Virus record (IMG/VR): IMGVR_UViG_3300048858_000066
Coordinates: 1-45,131 of that record
Reading direction: 5' to 3' (one strand)
Source of the DNA: a virus
Lineage: Duplodnaviria; Caudoviricetes
DNA length: 45,131 nucleotides
In this document: positions 1 to 7,824 of the stretch, piece after piece
How the letters are laid out: every line of letters begins with the position of its first letter
Numbering within the stretch: position 1 is the stretch's first letter
Notes under the pieces: model-generated
What the model was told of the DNA's origin: nothing
Databases searched by the model: none
The model's input: the letters and a program-made list of their open reading frames with translations, nothing else
Made by a program: the position numbers and the translations under genes

Positions 1-208
1 GGGGTGGGGCGGCTGCGTGGGGACGCTGCCGCCCGTCCGCCATGAGGGGGAAGCAGGGGGACGCGCTCATGGCGAACCATCCGACGCGGGCGCACATGTC
101 TGCGCTTGCGTCGCCGGAGCAGGAGCCGGCGACAGCCGCCAGTCCTGCTCGGGCGGCACAAGCTGCCAGCGGTCGGGCCGTTGAGAGGGGCATTCGGCGG
201 CACACATG

Positions 209-436
209 TCAGGCCGCCTCACCAGGTGCCGTGACGCCGTCGGGAGCCGGCCACAGGTCGGGACGAAGGAGATGGCGTGGGGTGCCGGTCTCCCGCTCGA
301 TGTCGACCGCCCGCTCCGCCGTGATGCGCAGCCGGCCATCTCGCCACTTGAGGACAGTCTGATGGCTGACGCCGAGGCGCTTCGCCAGCGGCCGCATGCC
401 CTCAGCCCGTTTGATCGCGTCAAGGATGCCGTTCAT
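209..436 (-). CDS. cro: Cro/YdaS-like HTH transcriptional regulator
   Basis: GMRPLAKRLGVSHQTVLKW...AERAVDIERETGTPRHLLRPDLW; divergent from cI; ATG at 436 preferred to TTG at 442. Confidence 0.88.
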   Translation of the reverse strand: MNGILDAIKRAEGMRPLAKRLGVSHQTVLKWRDGRLRITAERAVDIERETGTPRHLLRPDLWPAPDGVTAPGEAA

Positions 437-443
437 GGGCAAA

Positions 444-497
444 AAGGTACCCTAGAGGTACTTGCCAGCGCAACAACAAAGGTACCCCTAGGGCACC
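444..497. promoter_or_regulatory. Operator pair and putative cro promoter
   Basis: GGTACC-CTAGA-GGTACT (446-462) and GGTACC-CCTAG-GGCACC (481-497); minus strand TTGCGC-N18-TACCTT (473..444). Confidence 0.8.
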
Positions 498-529
498 CAT
501 GCCCAGATGAGACCCGGCAATGTACCGGC

Positions 530-883
530 ATGGACCTCGCGAAACGCTTGCGAACAGAAAGAGAACGGCGCAACCTGGGGCAACACGAGGTCGCGGCCGC
601 GATCGGAGTGTCGCGCCCAACCATTACGCAGTGGGAAGCCGGCACGAAGAAACCAGGCCGCAATAATTTGGAGGCGCTGGCGTTGTTCTACCGGCTAAGG
701 ATTGACGACCTTCTTGGACACGAAGCGCCCGGTGAACGGATTGAGGTGGAGTCGTTGGAGGAGGCCAAAACCTTGCTCCTGATGCGCCAAGCGCCTCCCC
801 ATATTCGCGACGCCGTGATGGCGATCCTGGGTACCTGGTCCGACTCGGCGGATAGCGTCACGCCCGGCATAACGAAAAAATAA
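530..883 (+). CDS. cI: CI-like XRE-family repressor, 117 aa, no C-terminal S24 peptidase domain
   Basis: MDLAKRLRTERERRNLGQHEVAAAIGVSRPTITQWEAGTKKP HTH; between two operator pairs, divergent from cro. Confidence 0.85.
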   Translation: MDLAKRLRTERERRNLGQHEVAAAIGVSRPTITQWEAGTKKPGRNNLEALALFYRLRIDDLLGHEAPGERIEVESLEEAKTLLLMRQAPPHIRDAVMAILGTWSDSADSVTPGITKK

Positions 884-892
884 CCGTCTGCG

Positions 893-947
893 GGTACCCA
901 TAGGGTACTCATTTTCCTTGTGTCACGAAGTACCTACAGGGTACCTA
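893..947. promoter_or_regulatory. Operator pair and putative early-operon promoter
   Basis: GGTACC-CATAG-GGTACT (893-909) and AGTACC-TACAG-GGTACC (929-945); TTGTGT-N18-TACCTA (918-947). Confidence 0.8.
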
Positions 948-975
948 TACCGCACCCCAACGTGCGGAGGTACCC

Positions 976-1365
976 GTGCTTACAGCCTCAGCCCACGCCT
1001 CTTCCAGACCCGCCGGCGGCCGCGCAGGCCCAGAGTTTCGTCCGATCGCGCAGCTGGAGCCGTTGCGCAGTGCCCTGATGGCACTGGTAACTCAGGACAG
1101 CCCCGACCTGACGGCCCGCCAGATGGCGGTCCTTCTCACCGTGGTGCAGCAGAAGGGCCCGCACACCGTGCGTGGCCTGGCAGCGCAGATGCGCATCCCC
1201 AAGCCTTCCACGACCCGTGCGATCGATGTTCTGCAAGGCCACAAGTATGTCACCCGAACCATCGATCCGAGTGACAGGCGCAGCGTCCTCATTGATGCGA
1301 CCGAGATCGGGCGCAGCTTCCTGCTGAGCCTGCAGCCAGCTCCAGCAAAGGAGATGGCGCGATGA
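976..1365 (+). CDS. MarR-family winged-helix regulator
   Basis: DLTARQMAVLL...TVRGLAAQMRIPKPSTTRAIDVL...DPSDRRSVLIDATEIG; GGAGG upstream of GTG. Confidence 0.85.
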   Translation: MLTASAHASSRPAGGRAGPEFRPIAQLEPLRSALMALVTQDSPDLTARQMAVLLTVVQQKGPHTVRGLAAQMRIPKPSTTRAIDVLQGHKYVTRTIDPSDRRSVLIDATEIGRSFLLSLQPAPAKEMAR

Positions 1366-1604
1366 GTCCGATCGAAGACGGCGGCCCTGCCTTCCCCGCC
1401 AGCACGGGCCCGGTCGCGAGTGGCATGTCCATGCGTGACGTCATCGCGACGGCGGCGCTGGCGGCGCTCATCTCCAAGGCCCCTTACCGTGACGCGCCGA
1501 TGGAGGCCGAGGACCCCGATTTCCTGGCACTGGCGCGCGGCGCGTACCTCTATTCCGACGCGATGCTCGCCATGCGGACAAGGACGCTGACCGATGGCCG
1601 CTGA
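1362..1604 (+). CDS. Conserved phage hypothetical protein (GGPAFP...GMSMRD type)
   Basis: GGPAFP-GMSMRD-AY-xDAML pattern typical of small phage early proteins; ATGA overlap. Confidence 0.75.
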   Translation: MSPIEDGGPAFPASTGPVASGMSMRDVIATAALAALISKAPYRDAPMEAEDPDFLALARGAYLYSDAMLAMRTRTLTDGR

Positions 1605-1794
1605 TCAGATCCCTGGCGGCTCCGCCGTCGACCGCCTGCCCTACACCACGCTCACCTTCAGTGCCGCCTATGTCCGCGCGCTCCGCGAAGAGGAAGCTTG
1701 GGAGGACCCGTTGAATGCCGCTCGCGGCATCTTCTTCGGTGTCTCCTTCATGTCGGCCGTGGCGTCCTGGATTTGCTGGATCGCGTTTGGATGA
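1594..1794 (+). CDS. Small membrane protein
   Basis: Hydrophobic C-terminus GIFFGVSFMSAVASWICWIAF; overlaps upstream gene. Confidence 0.65.
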   Translation: MAADQIPGGSAVDRLPYTTLTFSAAYVRALREEEAWEDPLNAARGIFFGVSFMSAVASWICWIAFG

Positions 1795-1831
1795 CCACGC
1801 CCTCAGCGCGAGCCGGGCTGGCGCCACTCTG

Positions 1832-1921
1832 ATGCGCGGCCCCCTCCTCGATATCGCTGTCGTCGCCTTCATCGCCATCGGAGTTCCCTTGGCGATGTGG
1901 GCGTGCGGCATCCTTCCCTGA
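1832..1921 (+). CDS. 29-aa hydrophobic peptide
   Basis: MRGPLLDIAVVAFIAIGVPLAMWACGILP; TGATG-coupled to a 13-codon ORF at 1791-1832. Confidence 0.4.
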   Translation: MRGPLLDIAVVAFIAIGVPLAMWACGILP

Positions 1922-1948
1922 TTCCTCTCATCCCCAGGAGGACTTCCC

Positions 1949-2635
1949 ATGCAGCCCGAAGACAGGGCCACCGCCGACCGGGTTTGGAGCACCTATACCC
2001 AACTGGCCGGCGTGATCCGCCAATCCGTTCACATTCCAGACGCCGTGGTGCTGACAACGCGGGATTTGCTGCTGCTGGCCGATGACCGCGCTTACTGGAA
2101 GAAGGCTGCGGAGGAGCAGGTCACAGTCGCCGTCCCGGCGTCGCCAGATGAGAAGCCGCAACAGCCCGATGTGGTGCCCGAGCCTTTGAAGCCCGAGGCG
2201 GTTTCGAAGCCCCTCGATCCGGCCTCGATTATCACGAAGCCGCTCAGCAGCAGAACGCCTGAGCGGATCGAGCTTCTGAAGGCGCGGTGGGATGATACGA
2301 CACTATCGATCGCAGACATCCTGCAGCAGATCAATGCCCTCCCAGGCGCGCAGATCAAGTCTACCACATTGCTCTACAGCTGGGCGGGCGACCTGCGCCT
2401 CACAGTCCCGCGTAGCTACTGCCCGCCACCCCCGGTCCGGATCAGGCAGGGGAGCGTGATCGTGAAGGCGGGCCACATGCCCCTCACTCGAGAGGACAAC
2501 CTGGAAGAGGCGCGGAACCTGCTCGCGGCGGGCGTGCCGGTTATCCGGGTGGCTGAGGAGGTCGGGCTCGACAAAAGCGAAGTCTTCCGCATGAAGGAAG
2601 AGATGGCCCGCCGGAAGGCCGGGGATGCGGACTGA
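1949..2635 (+). CDS. Putative DNA-binding protein (central GcrA-like HTH, C-terminal HTH)
   Basis: AGGAGG RBS; RTPERIELLKARW...SIADILQQI; ARNLLAAGVPVIRVAEEVGLDKSEV. Confidence 0.65.
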   Translation: MQPEDRATADRVWSTYTQLAGVIRQSVHIPDAVVLTTRDLLLLADDRAYWKKAAEEQVTVAVPASPDEKPQQPDVVPEPLKPEAVSKPLDPASIITKPLSSRTPERIELLKARWDDTTLSIADILQQINALPGAQIKSTTLLYSWAGDLRLTVPRSYCPPPPVRIRQGSVIVKAGHMPLTREDNLEEARNLLAAGVPVIRVAEEVGLDKSEVFRMKEEMARRKAGDAD

Positions 2636-4329
2636 TGGCCGACACGATCAGCAGCCCTCGCCAGGTGGATCTGGAAGCAGACATGTCCGCCCCGCGCGGC
2701 CTTGTTGCTTTGCTGAGCCAGGTACACCCATCGCCTGACAACGTGCGTCGCACGCCTCCCAGCGACGACGACAACCGCAAGATGCGGGAGAGCGTCGCTT
2801 CGGCCGGCATTATCGAGCCGATCCTGGTGCGCGAGATGCCCACCGGCTGCGGCTGGGAGATCATCAACGGCCACAGGCGCCGCGCAGCTGCCCTGGAGTT
2901 AGGCCTGATGCATGTGCCCATCATCGTGCGCGCAGGCGGCGAGGCCGAGCATCTGGCCGCGCAGGCCGTTACCAACATGATGCACGCGCCACTTGCGCCG
3001 GTTGACCAGTGGGAAGCCATCAAGGCGCTGCAGGATCGCGGCTACAGCCTGAGCGATGCTGCGCACATGCTGGGCCTGGAGGAGCGCAAGGCGCGCCGAC
3101 TGAGCCTGCTGGGCCAGCTGCACCCGGATATCCTGGAGCAGATCCGCCTCCACGGCCGGCCTTCGGACTACCAGCTCGCCGCCGTAGCCCGCGCGCCCGC
3201 CAAGACGCAGGCGGCCGCGCTGAAGGCAAAGTCTTGTTGGAAAGGAAAGGGCAAGGCAGCGGAGCTGTCCTGGCATGATCTGGTGATGGCCTGCGAGCGC
3301 CAACGCATCCCGCTCAGCCGCGCCGTATTCAAGCCGGCCGAGCATGGTGTGGCCTTCGAAGAAGATCTCTTTGCGGAACCGGGCAGCAACGACCAGTTCA
3401 CCACCAGCGACGTAATCGGCTTCATGAAGGCGCAGGAAGCAGCGTTGTACGACGAGGCTGAGGCCTCCAAGGGCAAGGTGAAGGTGGCGGACTGGTCCGC
3501 CAGCCAATACCAGCCAGCCATCCCAAAGGGCTGGGAAGCGTGCCCCTATGGCACGAAGCCGAAGGGATCGGTCGTGTTCAAGGCCATTGTTCCCAGCGGG
3601 CACGACATCGGCCGCGTGACCGAGCGGCGAGCGATGCCAAAGCCGAAGCCATCGCCCAAGAATCCTCCGGCTGATCTGGCCAGAAGCCCCGCCACAGTCG
3701 AGGAAGATCAGGCAGCGCAGCCCACTACCGCGCGCGGCCCGATCACGCAGAAGGGTCTTGAGATGCTGGCGGAGGCCAGGACGCAGGCCATCCGCACCGC
3801 GTTGCGCAACCGCGCGGAGGAGATGAAGGAGTCGGAGCTGCTGGAGCTGCTGCTGCTGGCCCTGTGCGGCTCCAATGTGCAGGTGAGCGGCGAAAGCCGA
3901 GCATGGAACGGCCACCGCATGTCCTGCGACTTCGAGGACCTGGCTGCCGCGCTGCTGGATGGCAAAGGCGAGCAGCGGGAGCTGGAACACGGTGCGGTGC
4001 GGCGCCTCGCGGCCGAAGCGATCGCCCGCATGGTCGTGGTGGGGCCGGTGAAGAGCGGCACCAGCAGCGGCCTCCCCGCCCAATGGATCGGACGCCGGCT
4101 TGATCCACAGGATGAGATGCCGCGGCTCGATACCGCCGAGTTCCTGGCCACGCTGTCACACGATGCCCTGCGGCAGGTCGCTGTCAGGCGCGGGGTGCCT
4201 GGCACCGGCAGCGCCAAGGCCCTTCGCGAGCGCCTGATCGGCTCCGCACCCTTCATGACCCTGCCCGAGGCCGCCTGGGCACAGGATGGTCCTCAAGCAC
4301 TGCCCTTCCCGCAGGGAGAGGAGGACTGA
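2635..4329 (+). CDS. ParB/Spo0J N-terminal domain protein with long C-terminal region
   Basis: HPSPDNVRR, GIIEPILVR, IINGHRRRAAA, VPIIVR, NMMHAPLAPVDQWEA followed by HTH. Confidence 0.88.
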   Translation: MADTISSPRQVDLEADMSAPRGLVALLSQVHPSPDNVRRTPPSDDDNRKMRESVASAGIIEPILVREMPTGCGWEIINGHRRRAAALELGLMHVPIIVRAGGEAEHLAAQAVTNMMHAPLAPVDQWEAIKALQDRGYSLSDAAHMLGLEERKARRLSLLGQLHPDILEQIRLHGRPSDYQLAAVARAPAKTQAAALKAKSCWKGKGKAAELSWHDLVMACERQRIPLSRAVFKPAEHGVAFEEDLFAEPGSNDQFTTSDVIGFMKAQEAALYDEAEASKGKVKVADWSASQYQPAIPKGWEACPYGTKPKGSVVFKAIVPSGHDIGRVTERRAMPKPKPSPKNPPADLARSPATVEEDQAAQPTTARGPITQKGLEMLAEARTQAIRTALRNRAEEMKESELLELLLLALCGSNVQVSGESRAWNGHRMSCDFEDLAAALLDGKGEQRELEHGAVRRLAAEAIARMVVVGPVKSGTSSGLPAQWIGRRLDPQDEMPRLDTAEFLATLSHDALRQVAVRRGVPGTGSAKALRERLIGSAPFMTLPEAAWAQDGPQALPFPQGEED

Positions 4330-4330
4330 G

Positions 4331-4714
4331 ATGCTGAAAGCTACTCAAGCCCTGCAGGTGGCCTTTGCCTGCCATCGTGACCAGGTCACCGCCGGCGGCG
4401 GCCATCGCGTCCGGCCCGAGGGCCTGCTGCGCGTCGCGCTCGCGCGCGGCGGCTGGCCTCAGCCGGTGCGCCGCACGCTGCCACGCGGCCCCGCTTCCAT
4501 GGCTGTGCTGATCACGGCCGAGGACGAAGGCCATCGAGCCCGGGTGGCCGAGGAACTGACACGGGTTGTGGCACGCGAAGGGCTGTTTGCCCTGAACCAT
4601 CACGGCCGTGATGCTGACGCGGTGCTTCGCTCGCGCCGCGCGGTCACCTGCGCTTCGCGCCTGGTGGAGATCTTCACCGCGCCTGCCTTTAGTGTTGCGG
4701 GGATCCCGACATGA
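4331..4714 (+). CDS. Hypothetical protein
   Basis: GAGGAG RBS, operon packing. Confidence 0.6.
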   Translation: MLKATQALQVAFACHRDQVTAGGGHRVRPEGLLRVALARGGWPQPVRRTLPRGPASMAVLITAEDEGHRARVAEELTRVVAREGLFALNHHGRDADAVLRSRRAVTCASRLVEIFTAPAFSVAGIPT

Positions 4715-4908
4715 ACCGCCCTCCCGTTTGCAGGGTCTTCCCGGATTGCTCCTGCTCTGGACCATGCGAGCAAGACAAGCGCCAGCAGGAGTTTGCCGAG
4801 GAGCGCGCTGCCATCGCAGCTGCGGTCGCGGAAGTACGGCAGTGGCCGGTGGAGCGGCGGGCCGCCTTCCGCGCTGCCCTGCGCCTCACCGATCGCGCAT
4901 CCACCTAA
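4711..4908 (+). CDS. Hypothetical small Cys-containing protein
   Basis: ATGA overlap; C-x4-C-x-C-x3-C. Confidence 0.55.
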   Translation: MNRPPVCRVFPDCSCSGPCEQDKRQQEFAEERAAIAAAVAEVRQWPVERRAAFRAALRLTDRAST

Positions 4909-4930
4909 CCCCCGAATCAAGGAAGCAATC

Positions 4931-5098
4931 ATGCTGCTCTCTCATCATGAGCGCCTGACGCTCATCGTCACCGCCCTCGCCGCGCTCACCAAGGAAGCGA
5001 CGAAGGGAAGCATGGGCCAGCTCCGCGAGCTGGAGGAGGCCGTGCGCCGGCTCCAGCTGGACCAGAATGCGCGCGACTGCGTCGACGCCGAGCCGTAA
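4931..5098 (+). CDS. Hypothetical protein (55 aa)
   Basis: AAGGAAG RBS after repeat motif; MLLSHHERLTLIV... Confidence 0.65.
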   Translation: MLLSHHERLTLIVTALAALTKEATKGSMGQLRELEEAVRRLQLDQNARDCVDAEP

Positions 5099-5117
5099 CC
5101 CCCCGAAAGGCGAACAG

Positions 5118-5390
5118 ATGCCCATCCTCGACGCCCTCCAGTACAGCGATGGTTCCTTCAGCGTGTTCTCGCCCGGCGTCCCCATGAAGCAGATCGAGGC
5201 GGAGCGCGTGGAAGTGGACCGCAACGAAACGAACCCTGAGCACCTGACCCGCATCGTGCGGGTGAGCATCGAGGTCACCGAGGTGTTGTTCACCCCGACC
5301 GAAGTGCCGCAGGCCGCGTCCTCCGAGCTGGAGAAGCTGCGCCGCGAGAACGAAGCACTCCGCGCGCAGCTCAGCCGCCGCGCGGCCTGA
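5118..5390 (+). CDS. Hypothetical protein with C-terminal coiled coil
   Basis: MPILDALQYSDG...ELEKLRRENEALRAQL; strong GC3 bias. Confidence 0.7.
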   Translation: MPILDALQYSDGSFSVFSPGVPMKQIEAERVEVDRNETNPEHLTRIVRVSIEVTEVLFTPTEVPQAASSELEKLRRENEALRAQLSRRAA

Positions 5391-5415
5391 ACCCCCCGTT
5401 TAACAGGAGACCGAC

Positions 5416-5805
5416 ATGGCTGAGATCTATGGGATCATGGAAGTGGCGGACGCCGAGGGGAAACCCACGGGCAAGTTCCACTTCGTGTCCTACAGCGATG
5501 AAGTGCCGCTGAGCCGCCGCGTCTACCACCGGATAACCGACAAGGACTACGGCAGCCGTGAAGAGGCTGAGGCCTGCCCGGACGCAAAGGCCGCGATTGC
5601 TCGTGCTTTCGGGAGCACCGAGGAGCCCGACACTGCGGAGATCCATCCCGACGCGATGGAGGAGCTGCGTCAGTGCGCGGTGATGATCCGCACCTGGATG
5701 CCCGCATCGTTCCCCGAGAATGAACAGGGGCAGAAGCACTTCGTCCGCGTCGTGATGGAGTCTGTGGCCGACGTGATTGACCGCGTGGCGCCGCCCGCAG
5801 CCTGA
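5416..5805 (+). CDS. Hypothetical protein
   Basis: AGGAG RBS; codon bias. Confidence 0.7.
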   Translation: MAEIYGIMEVADAEGKPTGKFHFVSYSDEVPLSRRVYHRITDKDYGSREEAEACPDAKAAIARAFGSTEEPDTAEIHPDAMEELRQCAVMIRTWMPASFPENEQGQKHFVRVVMESVADVIDRVAPPAA

Positions 5806-5827
5806 ACCCCCGATTCAAGGAGGCCCC

Positions 5828-6070
5828 ATGGATACCCTTGATCCCGTCGGCTTTGACCGCTTCCCCAAGCAGGGCTCGTGGCTCGGCAGGCGGGTTGTGG
5901 TCTGCTTCGACTACGACACGTCGCGGACTATCGGAGGAACGATCATCCGTGAGGATGAGGAAGCGCCTGGCCTGATGCTGATCCACCTGGACGATGGACG
6001 GGTCGTGCGAAGCGTGGAGTGCCAGTACTCGTTCCCGGAAGCCGCCAAAACCTCTGACACCTTGCAATAA
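5828..6070 (+). CDS. Hypothetical small beta-rich (possibly SH3-like) phage protein
   Basis: AAGGAGG RBS; FPKQGSWLGRRVVVCFDYD...IHLDDGRVVRSVECQYS. Confidence 0.7.
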   Translation: MDTLDPVGFDRFPKQGSWLGRRVVVCFDYDTSRTIGGTIIREDEEAPGLMLIHLDDGRVVRSVECQYSFPEAAKTSDTLQ

Positions 6071-6092
6071 CTCCCTCGCGGCAGATGAGGCC

Positions 6093-6692
6093 ATGAAGAT
6101 CGGATACATGCGTGAGAGCGCGGCGGGCCCATCATTGGCAGAGCAGCAGGCCCTGCTGCGCCTGGCCGGCATCGAGGACTTTAGCAGGCACGCCCCGGTC
6201 TATACCGACCGCCGCCGCAAGGGTCCGACCGCCACGACACCGGAGCGCGACAATATGGTGCGCATCCTGCGGCCGGGTGATGTGGTGATCATCGCCAAGG
6301 CCACCCGCCTCGGCACCAGCCGGGCAGATGTGCTGAAGGCGATGGCCGCCATCACAGCGCGTGGCGCGGCGATCCATGACGCCGAGGCCGGGCAGGATGT
6401 GCAGCTCCACCCCGACGCTGTGCGGGCCATCGCCTTTGCCGATCGGGCGGAGAGCGGCGCCAAGCGGGAGCAGACCGCCAGGATGCGGGCGCGGAAGGTG
6501 GCGCTGGGCGTGACCGGCGGCCGGCCGGAGCGGCTGCAGGGCAACACGAAGGCGGCCGCCGCGGCTGCCTGGGCAGATCTCACCAAGACCGTCCAGCAGG
6601 TGGCGGTCGAGTTCAACGTAGGGGCGCGGACCCTCTATCGGCTGTTCGGGCCGAAGGGCACGCCCCGCTTTGGCAAGAAGGCTCAACCATGA
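6093..6692 (+). CDS. Small serine recombinase (resolvase/invertase family), divergent active site
   Basis: MKIGYMRES, LRPGDVVII..TRLG, GGRP, C-terminal HTH TVQQVAVEFNVGARTLYR. Confidence 0.85.
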   Translation: MKIGYMRESAAGPSLAEQQALLRLAGIEDFSRHAPVYTDRRRKGPTATTPERDNMVRILRPGDVVIIAKATRLGTSRADVLKAMAAITARGAAIHDAEAGQDVQLHPDAVRAIAFADRAESGAKREQTARMRARKVALGVTGGRPERLQGNTKAAAAAAWADLTKTVQQVAVEFNVGARTLYRLFGPKGTPRFGKKAQP

Positions 6693-7084
6693 GCGATCAG
6701 AAGCCTACCCTGCCCGCCGACGTGGCCCGGCTGGTGATAGCCGCCCGGCACGTCGCGTTCGGAGATCCGACCGATGTTGAGGCGCTGAAGGAGTTGGAGA
6801 CTGCGTCGGAGGCGTTCGCCGATCGCATCCCCTGGGAGGATGAGCCTGAGGAGAAGGATGACACGCGCTGGATGTGCGAGGCCTGCGGCGCTTCCTACCC
6901 TCACGAGGAAGGCTCCTCATCCCTGGACGGGGCCAACTTCTGCCCCGACTGCACCAAGGCGCGAGTGGAAGCCATCGCTTCCTGTTCCCACGACATGGAG
7001 CCCTATGACGAAGGCGAGCCGGGCGACACCTACTGCCCGAAGTGCGGCGGCGTGTTTCCGGCCCCGGAGGCCCAGCATGCCTGA
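6689..7084 (+). CDS. Hypothetical Zn-ribbon protein
   Basis: CEAC, CPDC, CSH, CPKC motifs; ATGA overlap. Confidence 0.7.
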   Translation: MSDQKPTLPADVARLVIAARHVAFGDPTDVEALKELETASEAFADRIPWEDEPEEKDDTRWMCEACGASYPHEEGSSSLDGANFCPDCTKARVEAIASCSHDMEPYDEGEPGDTYCPKCGGVFPAPEAQHA

Positions 7085-7736
7085 CCAGCAAACGGCCGAC
7101 ACGACTTGGCAGAAGACGCTCAGCCATCGCGACCTCTGCGACATCGCTGTGCGCTGGCTGCGCCGCCCCTTCTCCGCACAGGGTCATGGCTGCAACTTCG
7201 CCGTGTCCGAATGCCGCTCCGCGTTCGGCGGCGGCGAGACGCCTGATGCCATCGGCTATCGAGCCCAGGGCTGGCGAGACGGTACGGTGATTGTTGAGGC
7301 CAAAGTCAGCCGCAGCGATTTCCTGGCCGATCGCGCGAAGCCGCACCGACTAGCCGGCGGCATGGGCACCTGGCGCTACTTCATCGCGCCGGCTGGGCTG
7401 CTGAAGGCGGAGGAGTTGCCAGACCGGTGGGGCCTGATCGAGGTGAGTAGCCGCCGCCAGCCCAAGGTGCGTGCCGGCGCAGCCCTGACCTTCTCCAGCT
7501 TCCATGACCGTGGAGGGGAGGAGGAATGGCGACATGTGCCCGACCAAGCGGCCGAACTTTCACTGCTGGTCCGGCTGATGGCCCGCGTGGGCGATCCGGA
7601 AGAGGCGAACCGGCGCATCGCTGCTGCAGAACGAGGTGTCGCCCACTTCGCTAAGAGGGAGGAGGAGAGCCGGAAGAGGATCCGGGACCTGGAGACGAAG
7701 CTCTGGAGCAAAGCACTGGAGGCACCCCATGGCTGA
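7077..7736 (+). CDS. PD-(D/E)xK nuclease-like protein (MmcB-like)
   Basis: ETPDAIGY...IVEAKVSRSDFLAD..KP.R...G.WRYFIAP.GLL..ELP..WGLI. Confidence 0.75.
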   Translation: MPDQQTADTTWQKTLSHRDLCDIAVRWLRRPFSAQGHGCNFAVSECRSAFGGGETPDAIGYRAQGWRDGTVIVEAKVSRSDFLADRAKPHRLAGGMGTWRYFIAPAGLLKAEELPDRWGLIEVSSRRQPKVRAGAALTFSSFHDRGGEEEWRHVPDQAAELSLLVRLMARVGDPEEANRRIAAAERGVAHFAKREEESRKRIRDLETKLWSKALEAPHG

Positions 7737-7824
7737 CCCTCAAACGGCCAAGATTGGCTGGTTGTAAGAGCGTTGGGGAGATGATGGAGGTCACTCGTGT
7801 CGACGAATGACCCCCAAGACGGCA

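Larger units (their letters stand above)
4904..5827 (+). repeat. Repeated intergenic motif: stop codon-AACCCCC(C)G-short spacer-RBS, four copies
   Basis: CCTAACCCCCGAATCAAGGAAGC (4904), CCGTAACCCCCCGAAAGGCG (5093), CCTGAACCCCCCGTTTAACAGGAG (5386), CCTGAACCCCCGATTCAAGGAGGC (5801). Confidence 0.75.

Noticed and set aside
206-529. N-terminal extension of cI in the ORF track
   Set aside because: It overlaps cro and the operators; the HTH begins at ATG 530.
6093-6692. Serine recombinase as integrase or tail-fibre invertase
   Set aside because: Only 199 aa with no large recombinase/zinc domains; far from the fibre genes, and I saw no inverted crossover sites or reversed fibre cassettes.
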